From NCBI GenBank assembly GCA_002633005.1, contig NMRA01000135.1, positions 1 through 59,595 on the forward strand: a stretch of 59,595 nt of DNA, written 5' to 3'. The first letter of the stretch is position 1, and each line of letters starts with the position of its first letter. The position numbers and the translations under genes were made by a program. The stretch comes from Phoronis australis (lineage: Eukaryota > Animalia > Phoronida). Shown in pieces: positions 58,903 to 59,595 of the stretch. The notes beneath the pieces were generated by a model, which worked only from the letters and a program-made list of their open reading frames with translations, made no database searches and was not told the DNA's origin.

Positions 58903-59595
58903 CCCCGAACATAAATATCTTGAACCTAAAAGTATGCATAATATTTGCAATTTGAAATTTACGCGAAGAAAAGATCTGCTTGAATGATATGTGTGTCACT
59001 CGGTTAGCCAATTACATCACAAATCACATTGGAGTGGTGTTGTATATGTGCTCAGTGCTATTCACAAAAAGTCATCAAGTTGATATACGTACAGTACGGT
59101 TTGGGTTGGTTTGGAGTGAGGTCTTGCAGTGAAACTTACATTTCCAATGTTCTTGCAACATTTTATATTAAATCTAATCTGTTCAGAACAGGGTTGAAGC
59201 GCACTGGACTCTACACATGATACAAGTCGAATAGATCCCTCATTTGAGAACCATTGAGAATAATGCCCGTTATTCAGTGGTAGTAACTGATTCTCAAGTC
59301 AATTTTAAATCAGGGATCCATTGCCCAAGTCGAACTTAGCAGTCCCAGATTTTGGGAACGATGCTGTTTGCAGGCAAGCACTGAATAACAGGTTTGTTAT
59401 ACAGGGGACATGACAGTGTCATTAATCAATGTCATAAGACATGTCCGATGACGCGGATGATGATGTCATATTGAAGTCAGGGTCAACCAACATATGAACA
59501 GTGTATATACATATTTCAGTAGTGGATTTTGGGGGGCCAAGGGGGCCTCAGTGGCCCCCTCTAAAATTGTCCCAGATTCCATTTGGCAGTTCGGG

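Overview
This is AT-rich eukaryotic DNA with spliceosomal introns, from an invertebrate animal (possibly a lophotrochozoan; not proven). Most ORFs in the six-frame track are noise, and the real genes are multi-exon. I assembled four genes by hand from splice sites with matching phases. (1) A + strand gene of about 2,512 aa (8042-21248) has an N-terminal MGxCC acylation motif and a globin domain with the canonical B12.2 and G7.0 introns. It apparently lacks both the proximal His F8 (Met instead) and the distal His E7 (Leu instead), and is fused to about 2,300 aa of Ser/acidic, repeat-rich disordered tail. This is the best candidate for an undescribed system. (2) An RFX5/RFX7-type transcription factor (-) lies head-to-head with (3) TEX9 (+), and the two are separated by a ~455-bp palindrome. 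(4) A Rieske [2Fe-2S] plus DUF455 ferritin-like di-iron fusion gene lies on the - strand. A possible fifth gene is cut off at the left edge. The window also holds several non-autonomous transposons (a family with 6-bp TSDs, Helentron/HINE-like elements, MITEs, SINE-like pieces, an L1/Tx1 relic) and a probable assembly duplication around the single N at 34492. All coordinates and alignments were made by eye; no searches were run.
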